A stretch of 64,000 nt of DNA from Octopus vulgaris (GCA_951406725.2 OX597816.1:119536001-119600000); one strand, 5' to 3'; counted from the first letter of the stretch, positions 38,585 through 56,136 are shown. Notes: generated by a model not told the origin, from the sequence alone. Numbers and translations: made by a program.

Positions 38585-39085
38585 GATTTATTTCCTTTCG
38601 ATTTAAGATACATTTATCATTTACTCACTTAAGACAGATTTTTCTCTCACTCATCTAGATTTATCTCTCTTCCATTTAAGACAAATTTATCTCTCTTCCA
38701 CTAAAGACAGTTTTATCTCTCTTCCATTTAAGACAGCTTTAACTCTCACTCAAGCAGATTTATTACTCCTTCACTTAAGATACATTTATCTCTCTTCTAC
38801 TTAAGGCGGGTTTATCTCTCACTCAAAGTATATTTATCTCTCTTCTACTTAAGCTAGTTTTATCTCTCACTCAAATAGATTTATCGCTCTTCTATTTAAG
38901 ATAGACATATATGTTACTCACCGAGATTCATCCCTCTTCCACTGAAAACAAATTTATCTCCCTTTTAAAACAAATTTATCTTTCACTTCCTTGAAGGTAA
39001 ATCTATCTCTCACTCACTTAAGATATATATTGTCTCTCTTCCATTTAAGACAGATTTATCTCGCATTCACTTAAAACAGCTTCAT
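38585..39085. repeat. Degenerate minisatellite of alternating ~20- and ~26-bp units (ATTTATCTCTCTTCCATTTAAGACAG / TTTATCTCTCACTCA)
   Basis: About 20 recurrences of the TTTATCTC core. Confidence 0.85.
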
Positions 39086-39456
39086 CGCTTTTCCGTTGGC
39101 TGAAACACATAGTGTGGATCCTTATTAATCGATACTAAATAGCATTACAGGAAAGTTTTCTCAATGAGCTCTGTTATTTATCGGCTCAAATCTGAGTTCA
39201 ACGGGAGCAGAAGTTATTTTCTGTCTTCTATATCTCCCCTCATGACTGCAACAAATATGTGTATCAATGTAATTTGATTACTAAGACAGGCACAATGTCA
39301 CAAATTCCGAAGGAACAGTGTAATTGATAAAATCGATGCAAATTTGATCTTTAATGAATGAAAGACATAGTTGAACTCGCCGGTATTTGAACTCAAAGCG
39401 TAAAACTAAATAACTTAATAACTTAATAACTAAATATATTATCTGTCGTTCTTCCG

Positions 39457-39549
<93 letters not shown>

Positions 39550-39550
39550 T

Positions 39551-40192
39551 TATTGTCTTTGCGCAGCTTCTAACGCTGGAGATGTTCTACAGTGTTAACC
39601 AGCGAACTAAGATAACACCCTTTATTTTTCGAGCAACATCCGGAGTATTCGAGCGGTTCCAAGCAGTGCTGTTTTCTGCAAATGCTCCACCCTTATTGCA
39701 GCCCATATTTCTTGCATGTACTTCTCAAGATTTTTACTCACTGTTCTCAGGGTTCCGACAATTATTGGTACTACTACAACCTTTTTCAGAGACCACAACT
39801 GCTTAACCTCCCAAGTTAACCTGTTATATCTATCGACTTTTCTTTCTTCCTTATCGCATACTTTGTTGTCAGCTAGTCATGCTACATCTATGATCCAGCA
39901 TAGTTTGCTTTCTTTCTCAATTGAAACTATGTCTGGTTTCCAATTCTCTATCTCATGGTCGCACTGAATCATAAAATCCTATAGGATATTTGCATTATCA
40001 TTTTCGATAATGCCTTCGAATTTATGTTCGTACCACTTTTTTACTCTGTCAAGTCAATACTTATTGCAAAGTGTCCAATGGACAAGCCTGGCTATATTGT
40101 CATGATGTCTCTAATATTCTTTCTGAGCTAATGGCGTACATTCACTGGTAATATGTCATACGGTTTCACTATTTTGTCCACAAGTTATTGAA
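39551..40192 (-). pseudogene. R4/Dong-clade LINE 3' fragment (Zn knuckle plus restriction-like endonuclease); 3' end abuts (TAA)n at 39457-39549
   Basis: IENDNANIL*DFMIQCDHEIENWKPDIV...WIIDVA*LAD...KVDRYNRL.WEVKQLW...VVPIIVGTL...LQKTALLGTARILR, with two in-frame stops. Confidence 0.9.
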
Positions 40193-40307
40193 ACAGTTGA
40201 GTATGTCCCTTAGTGGCTGACGATATATGCATGTCTGTTTAAAGTCAAACAACTGACAAGCAAATCTGTGGTATTCAGCAGAATTTTTGCTGTATCATTA
40301 TTATTTA

Positions 40308-40501
40308 AGGTGGTGGGCAGAATCGTTAGCGCGTCAGGCGAAATGCTTAGCGATATTTCGTCTGTCGCTACGTTAGGAGTTCCAATTCCGCCGAGGTCGA
40401 CTTTGCCTTTCATCCTTCCGAGGTCGATAAACACTAGGGGTCGATGTAACCAACTAGTCCCCTCCCACCAAATTTGGGATCCTGTGCCTTCAGTAGAAAG
40501 G

Positions 40502-40552
<51 letters not shown>
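40308..40552 (+). mobile_element. Family-A SINE (old tail type) ending in (ATT)n
   Basis: GGGCAGAATCGTTAGC...CCGCCGAGGTCGACTTTGCCTTTCATCC...GTAGAAAGGATTATTATT. Confidence 0.85.
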
Positions 40553-40555
<3 letters not shown>

Positions 40556-41149
40556 CCTGTTGCAATCTTGTTTTGTTATTGTCGTTGTTGGTGGTGTTTC
40601 TGTTGTTAGCGGTGTGGTGGTGATGATAGTTGTTACTTTTGTTTTTTGTTTGTTTTTGTTTTGTTTTGTTTTTTTGTTTTTTTTTTTGTACTGTTGTCGT
40701 TGTTTCTGCAGTTGTGGTAGATCATCGAAGTTGGATATGTGCCCTGTTCATTGGAACTTAGCCAACCCACACCCTTCTTTTGACTGATGACCGAAACCTA
40801 TTTATTCGGAACGTGTGAGAATCAGAGAGAAAGAGAGAGGGGAGGAGAGAGAGAGAAATAGGGAAAATAAGAGAGTAAAGTTCTTCAATGCAAAAAAAAA
40901 AATGTGTAAATATAAAATAATAATAACAATAATTGGCTAGTATCTATTTCTCTCTTTATTCTTTGTTTTTTTATCAAAAATATCTTTCCGCCTGATCTCT
41001 CAGGATCACTACACACATGCGCGCACTCACACGAACGCACACACACACACATACACATGCATACACAGATATTGGGGTGTCCCATAACTAAGACAATAAA
41101 CAACACTGAATTGTAATTAAATTCATGACACTGTAATGGGACAAATAGC

Positions 41150-43020
<1,871 letters not shown>

Positions 43021-44914
43021 ATCTAGTATATCCAAAATATTTGTCAGCGTCCACCAGCACTCCAACCACCTCTACCAGTGCCATGACCAACATCATTGTG
43101 ATGAACGACTGCTGTCAGGACTAGTAGTAAACACCACCACCATCACGATCCATCTACGCCGTCACAATGCACCACCACCAACAACAACAACAGCAACAAC
43201 TCTATTACATTCACCACCACCACAACCATCACTTCCACCATCACTAACATAAGACGATCGCCTAATCTGTATGATATAGCAGCCAAATTTCCCTTAACTC
43301 ACACTCCTGTGTTGAAAGGACATGTTGTGTAATATTGTCCCGTAACTGTAGAGAAACGAAAGGATGATCCCATTTGGAGAGTCTTTGATCTAGGTCTGTT
43401 CAGTTAGAGTTTATCTGGATCTAAGCAATATCAATTAAGACATCGGTAACAACTTGTAATAAAGGGCTTAGACAACGAGTTACTCTTACCAATAAAATTT
43501 CTCTCCGTCATTACACTATCAGCAGTTTGAGAGGGAGTTTATACATGGTCTCTCGATATGATTGAACCAGACTGCCTTAAAATGGAAGGTCACAATGGAT
43601 ACTGATGTCTTAAATATATAAGACCTATCTTAGTCAGGGTTCACTGTCTGTGCAGCTAGATAGAAACTTCCTCTGAAAAAGCGTAGGCTTGAACATCATT
43701 ATTTTAATGGGAGATATTTGCAACTACTTATACACAAGTTTTTCCTGTAATATACCTGCGAAAAACAAGGAAGAACAAGAATCAGCATAACTTGGCACCA
43801 GTGTTGTTGCAGACGAACTTAGAAATACAAAAACATGGGATAAACACTGCAAGGTATTTTCTCCAACTCTGTATCAGTTCAAACAATCCACCAACCAGGA
43901 TTTTTTTTTTGTTCACAGATTCCCATGATTATCGTTGCCATCCACTTCTATTATTATAAATTTGAATTGAGAATTTGAGTCAGAGTTAATCTTTCGTTAG
44001 CTGCTTATACAATCATGGACGCCGCCCTATGGATGCATTGCAGTTACTCACTTAAAAGAGCTTTATGATCCTGATCGTTGATCTTCTAAGATTCCTACGT
44101 TCTACATCAATATAAGAGCACCATTAGCTCAGCCGAGCTCTTCAAAGTTTTCCTACCTCTTCAAAATCTTCCATGCTGCACTCCCATGACTTCGCCGTAT
44201 CCTTGGCAGGGTGGCTGAACGGGTGCTATACTTTGCCAAAGGGCAGCCCGTAACAGCGTTCAATCGTCACTGTGAGGTATTTTCAACCTACCCTATATGT
44301 GTGTGTTGCTCATTCACACACACACACATATGTACATACATATATGTATGCATGTATTATTTGAACCAGAAGAAGAACCGGAAGAAATGCTATTGAGCAT
44401 TTTGTCCGATGTGCTAACGAGTTTGCTAGCTAACCAAATCATATAAGAGTTACACAGTAGAAAAAAAACCAATCTGATAAAAACTAGAGACCGTATTAAA
44501 TATGATAAACTGACATCACACACAACAGAAATAAGTCATAGCACCAATCATCTAAGCAAGAAAAAATATTTTTTCGTCGTTCGATTTGAACTCAGTTGCT
44601 CTTTCATTTGAATAATTAGCTGCTGAATTAACGTAGCTGAGCATTCCACTAACACGAGTAGTCTTAACGTAATTCTCAAACAGAATCAGCGTAAAACAGT
44701 GTATGTCATGAACCCGATAGATTTTTTTAATACAGTTTTCGTTCACCCAGTTTTTCGCCCAAAGGATATAGGTTATCTCAGATGTCTAAGGAAGACTAAA
44801 AAAATATGGAACCGATAAAGTTATTCGGGAAGTTCTTTAATTAGTATTATTGATTTCTAATTTCTATTTGTATAGTCAGGGATAATATATATATTTTATT
44901 GTTATTATTGGCAG

Positions 44915-45141
44915 GGCATTCCGTCGGTTGTGACGACGAGTGTTCCAGTTGACTCGATGAACGTAACCGCCTGCTCGAGAAATAACGTGTAAGTGACTGA
45001 ACACTTCTCAGACATGCGTACTATAAATGTAGTTTTTAAGGAGATTCAGCGTGACACAGAATAGGACAAGGCTGGCCCTTTGAAATATAGGTTATACGCA
45101 TTTTTGGCTGCTGAGTGGGCTGGGGCAATGTGAAATAAAGA
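44915..45141 (-). mobile_element. Decayed SINE (family D) sharing its central region with family C; related piece at about 15155-15263
   Basis: GCTGAGTGG.CTGG.GCAATGTGAAATAAAG is shared with 23364-23394; CAGACATGCGTAC is shared with 15249-15261. Confidence 0.6.
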
Positions 45142-46729
45142 ATGGTTGTCCAGTATCTTATCGGCCATCAAAAGTCCCATGTCTTTTGCCCCTCAATCCT
45201 TTTCAGATATAAAGACCACAAAGTAAAACAGAAATAGATAGATAAAAAAGAAAGTCCAAATAGGAAAATCATTAAACTATCCTCATATCATAAAATAAGA
45301 CTACACATTTGTGGAGGTGAGGTGGAATATGAGTGATTCAGTCGATGCCTATACTTGAGCAGCAGTTTTTTTTTTTGTCGATCCCTGAAGATGTAAAGTC
45401 ATAATTGATCCCGAAGGCATTTGAAATCGGAACGCAAAGGAACGTTATCAAATACTGCAAAGCATTTTGTCTGTCATCTGTAGAATTGATTCTACCACTC
45501 ACCGTCCTTCCATACTTTATAGTAGAACAGGAAGACAGACAACAGTTGAATACTGGAGAAGAAAGAAAAAAAATATATGGTTTTCCAATGGATATGAATG
45601 GGAAAAACCATCAGCTAAATTACCATTTTAGATCACTTGAGAGTCAACCAACATCAACCGACAATTATTTCGTGTTTCAGTCACTGAGATATATTATTCA
45701 TTATTGACTTATCTATTTTTATTAATCAACTTTTCGTAATTGATGTAAAACTTAAATAAAACCCAACGCGGCTGATCTGATTGCTGTTTCCGGTTTATAC
45801 AAAAAATATGAATGCTGCCAATTGCATTTCAATTTCCCATCTATTAATGATTACATATTAGCTTCCGGATATTCAACGGATGTCAATATTCAGACGTCAG
45901 TAATCTTTCTTTTTCTTTCTTTTTTTTCTTTCTGTTGGAAAGTTCTCTATTGGAGGGTCGAGGTTTAATAAGAAAAAAACACGCGCTATTTACATCCTGT
46001 CAAACATTCGGAATCAGTTCTTTTTGTTGCAAATTGCATTAATTTTTCGGATAGGCGATGTAATTTGATGCTTTCGGTGAACAGAATTTGCGGCTATTTT
46101 TCCGCCATCTTTCATGTTCTTTTTTTCCCATGCCGTTGTCCTAGTAACCGAGCTTGCTATACACAATGTGAACCTGAGAATATTGTATGAGTTTCCTATC
46201 GGTATGAACACACAAATCGTTTTGTTTATTTGCGCCGGCAATAGTGGGAAATAATGACATGAAAATAATTAATAGAAAGACGGCTAAATAGAGAAGGAAA
46301 AAAGATAATTTATGACATAAAAAGTAGACACGACAACTAGTAAATAAAAATGAACAACCAAGAAATTGAATAATAGAAATTGGGAAGAAGAATGCAAATT
46401 TTAATGAAAGTTGTGAAATAAAATTGAGAATTTTTATTTATGGTTAGAATGTTTGGGTTACACTATTTTATATATATATTCATTTATTTTCTATTTATTT
46501 TAAGCTTACTGTAAATGCAGATACGAAGGACATATGAAACTGAATCAAAAGAGGATATTTTGATTATTTTTTGCATAACCATTGTTGAATGCATGTGCTT
46601 TTTAACTTAGCTTACAGAAATGTATTCTACGTTCAATACAAGACTAGTCCCCGAAAAAACAATATGCTATTTACTTTTTGACACTAGTATAATAAGAAAA
46701 AATAACAATGGCTGAGAGAATAATCATTT

Positions 46730-48420
46730 CTGGTTTAGGCACAATGCTAACAAGTCTAAGGATAAGGGATTCACTGACACCATTAATGTCAGTACCTAAC
46801 TGATACTTCATTTTATCGACCCGGAAAGATGAAAAGTTGACCTCAGTGGTTCTTGAATTTTAAATGCAAAGAGCCGGAAGAAGTATCAAGTATCACATTT
46901 TTTTTACCGACGATCTAATGATTCTGTCAGCTCGGCTGTTTCTAAAACAGAGACAGGTCCTGAAATTTTGAGGCAGGGCAACAGTCGGCAACATCGATCC
47001 AGCATTTGACTCGTACTTTATTTTATTGAACCCCGAAAGTAAAGTTGACTTCGGTTGAATTTGAACTCAGGTCGTAAAGAACCAGAAAACTTAAAAATTT
47101 TTGCCAGCCTCAAAGTATCGCACATACATTATAGTAACCTTTTAGGCGGGGAGCTGGCAGAATCGTTAGCACGCCGGGTGAAATGTTTCGCCGTATTTCA
47201 TCTGCCGCTATATTCTGAGCTCAAATTCCGTCGAGGTCGACTTTGCCTTTCACCCTTTTGGGGTCGATAAATTAAGTGCTAGTTGCTTACTGAGGTCGAT
47301 CTAATCGACTGGGCCTCCTCCCTCCAAATTTCAGGCCTTGTGCCTATAGTAGAAAGGATTATATTAAACTTTATAAACAAATGCTTAACAATGGAATTGG
47401 CCATATGAAAATGAGGAGGGTGTGAGAAGTTTATATAATGAACGGATTACAATTCAATAAAAACATGAAATAGATATAAAACATAGTATAGAACACAATA
47501 ATTAAAGCAATATGTAACATTATAATATCCTTTTTGTTAGCACACCGGAAAAACAGGCTTAACTGCGTTCCTTTCAGCTGTACGTCTTACGGTCGACTTC
47601 TTTACGGCGGCGAGCTGGCAGAAACGTTAGCACGCCGGGCGAAATGCGTAGCCGTATTTCGTCTGCCGTTACGTTGTGAGTTCAAATTCCGCCGAGGTCG
47701 ACTTTGCCTTTCAGCTTTCGGGGTCGATAAATTAAGTACCAGTTACGCACTGGGGTCGATATAATCGACTTAATACCTATGTCTGTCCTTGTTTGTCCCC
47801 TCTATGTTTAGCCCCTTGTGGGTAATAAAGAAATGGGTATTTCGTCCGTCTTTATGCTCTAGGTTCAAATTCCGCCGAGGTCGACTTTGTCTTCTATCCT
47901 CATAGATACCAATCGAACACTGTGGTCGACGTAATTGACTTGCCGCTACCGCGATATTGCTGGCCTTGTGCCAAAATTGGAAAACAACATTATAATAATC
48001 CTATAGTAATAGGCACAAGGCCTGAAATGTTGTGGAAGGGGTAAGTCGACTACATCAACCCCAGTACTCGACTGGTACTTATTTTATCGACCCTAGAAAA
48101 GATGAAAGGGAAAGTCGGCCTCGGCGGAACTTGCACTCGGAACTTAAGCAGAAGAAACTCCACTTAGTATTTTTTTCCAGTGTGCTCATGATTCTGCCAG
48201 CTCACCGCCTTATGTAAAATTGATTACAAATTTTGGCAGCATTTTCGAGGTTCGAGGTTAGTCGATGACATCGACCTCAGTGCTCAGCTGGTATTTATTT
48301 TACCAACCTCGAAAGGATGAAAGGCAAAGTTGACTAGATTTGAACTCAGAACGTAACGACGGAAGAAATACTGCTCGGTACTTTGTCCGGTGCGGTAACG
48401 ATTCTGCCAGCTCGCTGTCT
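46730..48420. mobile_element. Family-A SINE cluster in both orientations (+ 47145-47360, + 47606-47990, - 48005-48210, - 48230-48418, older - copies upstream)
   Basis: Clear A/B boxes. The central CTTTGCCTTTCA.C.TT.GGGGTCGATAAATTAAGTACCAG block resembles the MetaSINE central domain (from memory). Confidence 0.9.
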
Positions 48421-50118
48421 TATCGTCTAATGTAACGTTATAATATAAAACATGAAAATATTTAGCGTCACCACATCCGCACAAGATTGGAAATCTGCTA
48501 GCTTTGTTGGGTTACAGCAACGCTTGAACCTACCCTTCTGTTACGATTCGTAGTGAGTTCTAGTACATCATCCATGGGTACATTCATAATCTTTAAGGTG
48601 AGGTGAAGGAAAGGTTGAACATGTTTGGTTTGAAGTTGTTTTATATGTTCGTAGTAAGATGGTGACTACTTTAGTAACAACATATCATGTACATTTGAAC
48701 ATGTCTTTGCCTTTTAAGTCTCCTCTAACAAATAACATGTTTTTGAAGCCTGCATTATGTCGCTTCTATTAATCTATCCATTATATCATTATGAATAATC
48801 CTCGCGAGTATGAACTCCAACCCCAAACGTTTTGAGTTGGGGGGATCACTTCACTTCATTTTCATAACATCATTTTTGTTTTTGTTTTTTTTTTCCTCTC
48901 AGCTTTTTACTTAATGCTTTTTCCGGCAGTTCACCTATCTTATTCTTCTTCTATTTCCCATCCGTCAAAAAGCGATGGCACAGTGCTGCTGGGAGCGTAT
49001 TCGTAATCGTTTTCTTTTCAGATAGAGGGTGGTGCGGATTTTTCGTCTTCCCTCGGAGCTTCAACCAGTGTTGCGTGTGATGATACAACTGGAAACTCAT
49101 CCTCGACTTCGGACCACTGGAGACTGGAATCTGTTGTTCGCCGCTTTCTCTTTTTCCTTCGTTTCTCCAGCGCTTCTAGGTAAAAGTCTCGCAAGTGGAG
49201 CTGAGCGTTTTCCGTTACGCTAACGATTCTGCCAGTTCGACACATTATCTAATATTGGTTTCAAATTTTGCCTCAAGGCCAACAAGTTCAGGAGAGAGGT
49301 TAAGTCGATTACATCAAACCCAGTGCTCAACTGGTACTTATTTTATCGATCCCGGAAGGATGAGAAGGAAAGTTGACCCTGGTGACATTTGAAATTAAAA
49401 CATAAAGTGGAAAGAAACTGGGCTATTTTTGCTGCACCATCAATTTTATGTCCTTCATTTCTATATTTTCTGAAGGGCCGTAAGGACCGATTGCTTTTAC
49501 AACTTTCTCGTTCCCTGGTATCGTTAACTTTGAGAGATATGCCGTTTTAAACATCACCATCTAGTCTTTGGGAACTTTTAGTGCAGTTCACTCTGTAATA
49601 AGGATTTTAATCCGATCCTCAATTCCTTGGTAGTCGACAGTAAATATTATCTCATATTTATGTCTTTACGTTTACACAACTTCCAACCGACGCTCTTTAT
49701 TCATTTCTAGTGACTTAGTGGTTAGTGGTTCGACAAGTACCAAACTTAAAAACAAGCGTTGGTGTATTATGATCAACTTAGCAAAAAAAGAAAAGATGAT
49801 GATGATGATGATAAACAAAAGAGTAAAAGAATACGTGTGCGTGCGTGTGGTATGTGTAGTGTGTGCACGCACGTATCAGGAGTTGCGCAGTCGGATGCGC
49901 TCATGCGTAGTAAGTCACGTGCGGCCCAACAGCGTGTCGGCATAAGGTGGACAACCCCCTAACATGGCCAATGAATATATTACATGTAGAAGTAGCTTGA
50001 TAATTTAGTTTGATAATTTAGTTTGAGATTGGACATTTTAATTTGATTGCAGCATCAACTGAAATGTTGAGCCTGTAGTTTCGATTCCTCTGTATGATTG
50101 TGTTTGTGTGCGTGCATG

Positions 50119-50169
<51 letters not shown>

Positions 50170-50764
50170 TAGGATGTATGTGTTTGTGAGTGTAAATAAG
50201 ATATAAATTACATTAACGGCAAAAATATCTCTGGAACTTTCTATACGTAGGCAGTTTTGTTGATCGAACAGTATACATTTTTTTACGCACGATGATGATG
50301 ATGATGATGATGATGATGACGACGACGACGACGACGACGACGATGATGATGATGTTGATGATGATGATGATGACGGCAGTGATACCCTTGTTAAGTACTG
50401 AAGATGGAGAAGACGAAGCTGTTTATACTGATGCATACGTGGTTGGATGAAAATGGCACAGATGGTGGTGGGATGGCTGTGGCGTAGGCGGAGGTGGTAG
50501 AGGTGGTGATGGCGATGATGGTATTGATGGAAGAGACACGGTGGAAGCAGCGGCGCAGCGAGGCTGCGGTGCAGCGGGACGGCGGTAACGGGAGCAGGGG
50601 AGACGGCAGAGACGACGGTGGTGGTGCAGAAGGTGGTGGTGCCGAAGGTGGTGGTGGTGGTGGTGCTGATGGTGGTGGTGGTGGTCGTCGTCGTCGTCAT
50701 CGTCGTCATTGTCGTCGTCGTCGTCGTCATCGTCGTCATTGTCGTCGTCGTCGTCGTCGTCGTC

Positions 50765-50830
<66 letters not shown>

Positions 50831-51265
50831 ATGGTGATGGTGGTGGTGGTGGTGGTGGTGGTGGTGGTGGTGGTGGTGGTGGTGATCGCTGTCGTCGTCA
50901 TCGTCATCGGTTGTTCTGCTGTTCCTGATGCGGCTAACGTTAAAGATGAGATAAAGGATCAAATGAAACGAAGAAGAGGCGAAGAGAAAGAGAAAGAAGG
51001 AGGGGTGGCAGTGAGAGGAAGATAAGCGTTATAGTGGAGATGCGGGTGTGCCGTTGGATAAATGATTCCTTATAGAAATACTTCAACAAAACAAATATAA
51101 ACTTCCTCGGGATGATCTTGCGATTCCTGAAAATGAGACACACTCATATACACCTAACACACATAAGCATCTGCACGATCTCACATATACACAGATATAT
51201 ATACATGCTTATCTGTGTGGTGTACATGTCTTCGCTCGCACTGCATGTGTTTGTTATATGTATAT

Positions 51266-52240
<975 letters not shown>

Positions 52241-52592
52241 AGTTAAAGAGAGAGCTATTGTAGAAAGAAAGAGACAGGCACAACAGACTGACAGGCAGGC
52301 AAACTCAAACAGACAGACAGATAAATAGATAGATTCTTTGACAAATAAGGAGATAGACATTCAGAGAGATAGAGTAAAAGATTGCAGAAACTGGTGCAAC
52401 AAAATGGCAAATGCAAGAAGAGAAGTGTATACTGGGTTGGCGTGAAAGGCAAATCTGTCATTTCCCAGTTATTGCAAATCAGAGAGTCAGCCACATTACA
52501 GGCGAGCATCATATCACGTGCAAGGGGACGTGCATGCACCTTCCCATTCGGATCTGTTACATGATCATGAATACTATGTCAGCAACGTCATA

Positions 52593-52656
<64 letters not shown>

Positions 52657-53238
52657 GCACACAGAGTGTAGAAAAGTGTATGTGTGTATGTGTGTGTGTC
52701 GTGCGCGCGCATGTCCAGAGACGCGTGAAAGAAGCTGTCAGCGGCGATTAAGTAAAAGGTTAGAGGTTGATCCGGCTAATAATGCGTCGGTTGTGCAAGG
52801 AAGTCGGCAGCCATGATTGTACGAATCTAGCAAAACAAAAAAATAATAATAAATAAATAAAATAAAAAGCCCGCCAAGATTTCATCTAGCGCCTGCTGAT
52901 AACAAGCCTTCATGCAAAGATTAGTATCTACCACGAACCGCGAACCTTCCTCCACCATCACCAAATTCAATTAATTACTCCAACATCATAGACAAATATT
53001 TGTCATTTTTATACCGTGTCTTCCTGCTCTCCTTTGCATACGTGTCTTTCTCTCCATTCCGTAGATATTTCACTTCCTCTTCTGGCTCAAACTCTCCCTC
53101 TCCTCTCTTTCTCTTTGCTCTCTCCTCCATCCTCTCTCTCTCTCTCTCCCTCTATCTATATATCTATCTATCTATCTCTCATTATGCATACTCAAGCATA
53201 AACACACATAGACAGGCAATATATATATAAATGTATAT

Positions 53239-53285
<47 letters not shown>

Positions 53286-53389
53286 CATATATATATGTAT
53301 GTACGTATATGTATGTATATAAACGTATGCATGTATATATTTATATATATATCTGTATATGTATGCATGTATATACGTATATATATATA

Positions 53390-53422
<33 letters not shown>

Positions 53423-54166
53423 TATACATACATATAATAGAGAGATAAAGAGAGACATACATGCATACATGCATACATACATACATACATACATACATAC
53501 ATACATACATACATACATACATACATACATACATACATACATAAAGAACGTAATTCTTTTCCTGTCTACAATTGTTTCTTTCTCTTCCTCACCATTTCTC
53601 TCTTTTACTCGAATTTCTTTTTAAAACATTTGTTCATCATTTTGTTAAAATTTCTTTCAATATATTATCACTTAGTCATTTTATATTTTAACTTTTATCG
53701 ATTATATCATTTCTTTCCATTTACTCCCTTTGTTCCATTAGTTACTGTTATGGCGGCGGCGGCGGTGGCGGTGGCGGTGGCGGTGGTGGTGGTGGTGGTG
53801 GTGGCGGCGGTGGTGGTGGTGGTGGTGGTGGTGGTGGTGGTGGTGGTGGTGGTGGTAATAGTGGTCCTCTTCTTGTGCTTGTGGATCGCTAACGTTTCTT
53901 ATGTCTTCTCATTTCTTCTAAACATGACCATATGCTAATCTCACTCACCACAAATATTACACTCGCTGGATATATCATACATCCTCATATACACAGACAC
54001 AAGCATACAGATATACAAGCAGACTTAAACAAGACGCACATTCAGGCATAGAAGCGCATTCGTAAACACAAACACGCGCGCACTCAACCAAACATATGAT
54101 CACCATGATCACAACGTCATATTCAGTATCATCACGATCGCTATATCATTATCAATAAGGAGGCGA

Positions 54167-54566
54167 GGCAGTGAGCTAGCAGAAACGTTAGAACGCCAGG
54201 CGAAACGCTTAGCGGTATTTCGTCTGCCGCTACGTTTTGAGTTCAAATTCCGCCGAGGTCGCCTTTGCCTTTCATCCTTTCGGGGTCGATAAATTAAGTA
54301 CCAGTTACGCACGGGGGTCGATATAATCGACTTAATCCGTTTGTCTGTCCTTGTTTGTCCCCTCTGTGTTTAGCCCCTTGTGGGTAATAAAGAAATAGGT
54401 ATTCTTCCGGCTTTACATTCTAAGTTCGAATTCCGCCAAAAGTCGACTTTGGCTTCCATCCTTTGGGGGATTGATGAAATAAGTACTAGTTAAGCACTGG
54501 GGTTCGATGTAATCGACTGCCCTCTTTCCCAAAAATTTCAGGTCTTGTACCTATAGCAGAGAGGAT
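54167..54566 (+). mobile_element. Young family-A SINE joined at 54398/54399 to a headless old copy
   Basis: Tail GTAATAAAGAAATAG is followed by GTATTCTTCCGG...GTTCGAATTCC and the old-type tail. Confidence 0.9.
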
Positions 54567-54569
54567 AGT

Positions 54570-54784
54570 GACCACGGGTGCGACAGATAGGTATTTCACC
54601 GTTGTTGCGGTTTGAGAATGTCACGTACTCGTGTCACTTGCGGAACGAAATCGAATCAACTAGTCTGAAATATACTAGAATAGTGTATAAAATAATAATG
54701 CCTACACTAGTATGCAAAGAGAGAAGTACGTGATACTGAGAAGTGACAACAACGGTGAAACACGTACTTGTCGCTCATGCGGTC
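54570..54784. mobile_element. MITE-like element with ~60-bp imperfect terminal inverted repeats
   Basis: GACC..G.GCGACA..TA.GT.TTTCACCGTTGTTG...TCACGTACT is mirrored by AGTACGTGA...CAACAACGGTGAAA.AC.TA..TGTCGC.C..GGTC. TSD unclear. Confidence 0.7.
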
Positions 54785-55595
54785 GTGTCTGGAGTGATTT
54801 CGTTTCGCCTAACTCTAAAGAATATTGTGTGTTTTAACACAATACGTCTTCCAGAGCTTTTACTCGGGAGAAAATCATAACGTTCGACGTTTCAACTACA
54901 CACATACATGTTATATTGATAAAGATTTTACTATAGAGTTATTCTTGTAGCATAATTCAAATTCTGTTATGTTTCGATACTTGTTGTCTATTCCTTTCAC
55001 GTACTGAAGCATACAATAGACCAAAGTTTCCAAACATGTGGCACTAAGAGTCCCAGGTTGAGAGAATGTTTAGAAACAAATTCAAATTAAACTTCATCTA
55101 CGGAAAATTTAAGATGTACTGATTTTAATTTTCATAAAAGTGTTTCTGAACTAATAAAATGTTTCCAAACACTGCAGTAGTCTGTTGATCTTATCTTACA
55201 ATGACAGAAGTGATATCTATTAACAACTTAATCTTGTGAACGTTTGCGTAATTAACAGCATAATTAGGATAGTTTTCATTATAAAGTACAGCTCTCATAG
55301 GGCATATGATGCATAGAAAGAAAAAAAAATGAAGTAATTTTAAAGAAAGAAATCATTTAATTTAGAATTAGTCAATTTGTTGACTTTTGTTTAGTTCCTT
55401 GTAATCTAGCAGTTCGGCAAACAACATCGATAAAATAAGTACCAGACTTGAAAATAAATACCGGTCTTCTCCAATGTGGCCACAGTCCTATGACTGAAAC
55501 AAGTAAAAAATAAAAAAACACTTTCTTTACACATATTCAAACCACCAAGGCGCTTATAGTTTTTTTTTATCATTATTATTATTATTATTATTATT

Positions 55596-55636
<41 letters not shown>

Positions 55637-55656
55637 TATCATCATCATCATCATCA

Positions 55657-55714
<58 letters not shown>

Positions 55715-56059
55715 CATTATTATTATTATTACTATTATTTCTATTTTTGAGAAAATAAAGGGCGCGAAGGACTTTTGATTGATTCATCAAAATATGTTGC
55801 AAAGGTGAAAGGAAGAGAATCGCTGCTCGTAGAAAATCCTGTGATTCAATTTAATTGAGTTTGTATGCAGCTACAGTTCGGCATCGAGCTGTAATTAATT
55901 TTCAGGTCTAGGTCAAAACTGTAATCATTCTTTGTCAAACTTGCATATTCTATCAAAGTGATATAACAATATAAAAAATAATTTTAGAGCCTGAGTAATA
56001 CCTATCTATCATATATATACATACATACATACATACACATTCATGTACACGTATGTATG

Positions 56060-56133
<74 letters not shown>

Positions 56134-56136
<3 letters not shown>

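Noticed and set aside
40784-40820. Hammerhead-like CTGATGA-CCGAA..TTCGG-AACGTGT
   Set aside because: No GAAA follows helix II, the triplet would be GUG, and helix I is out of register.
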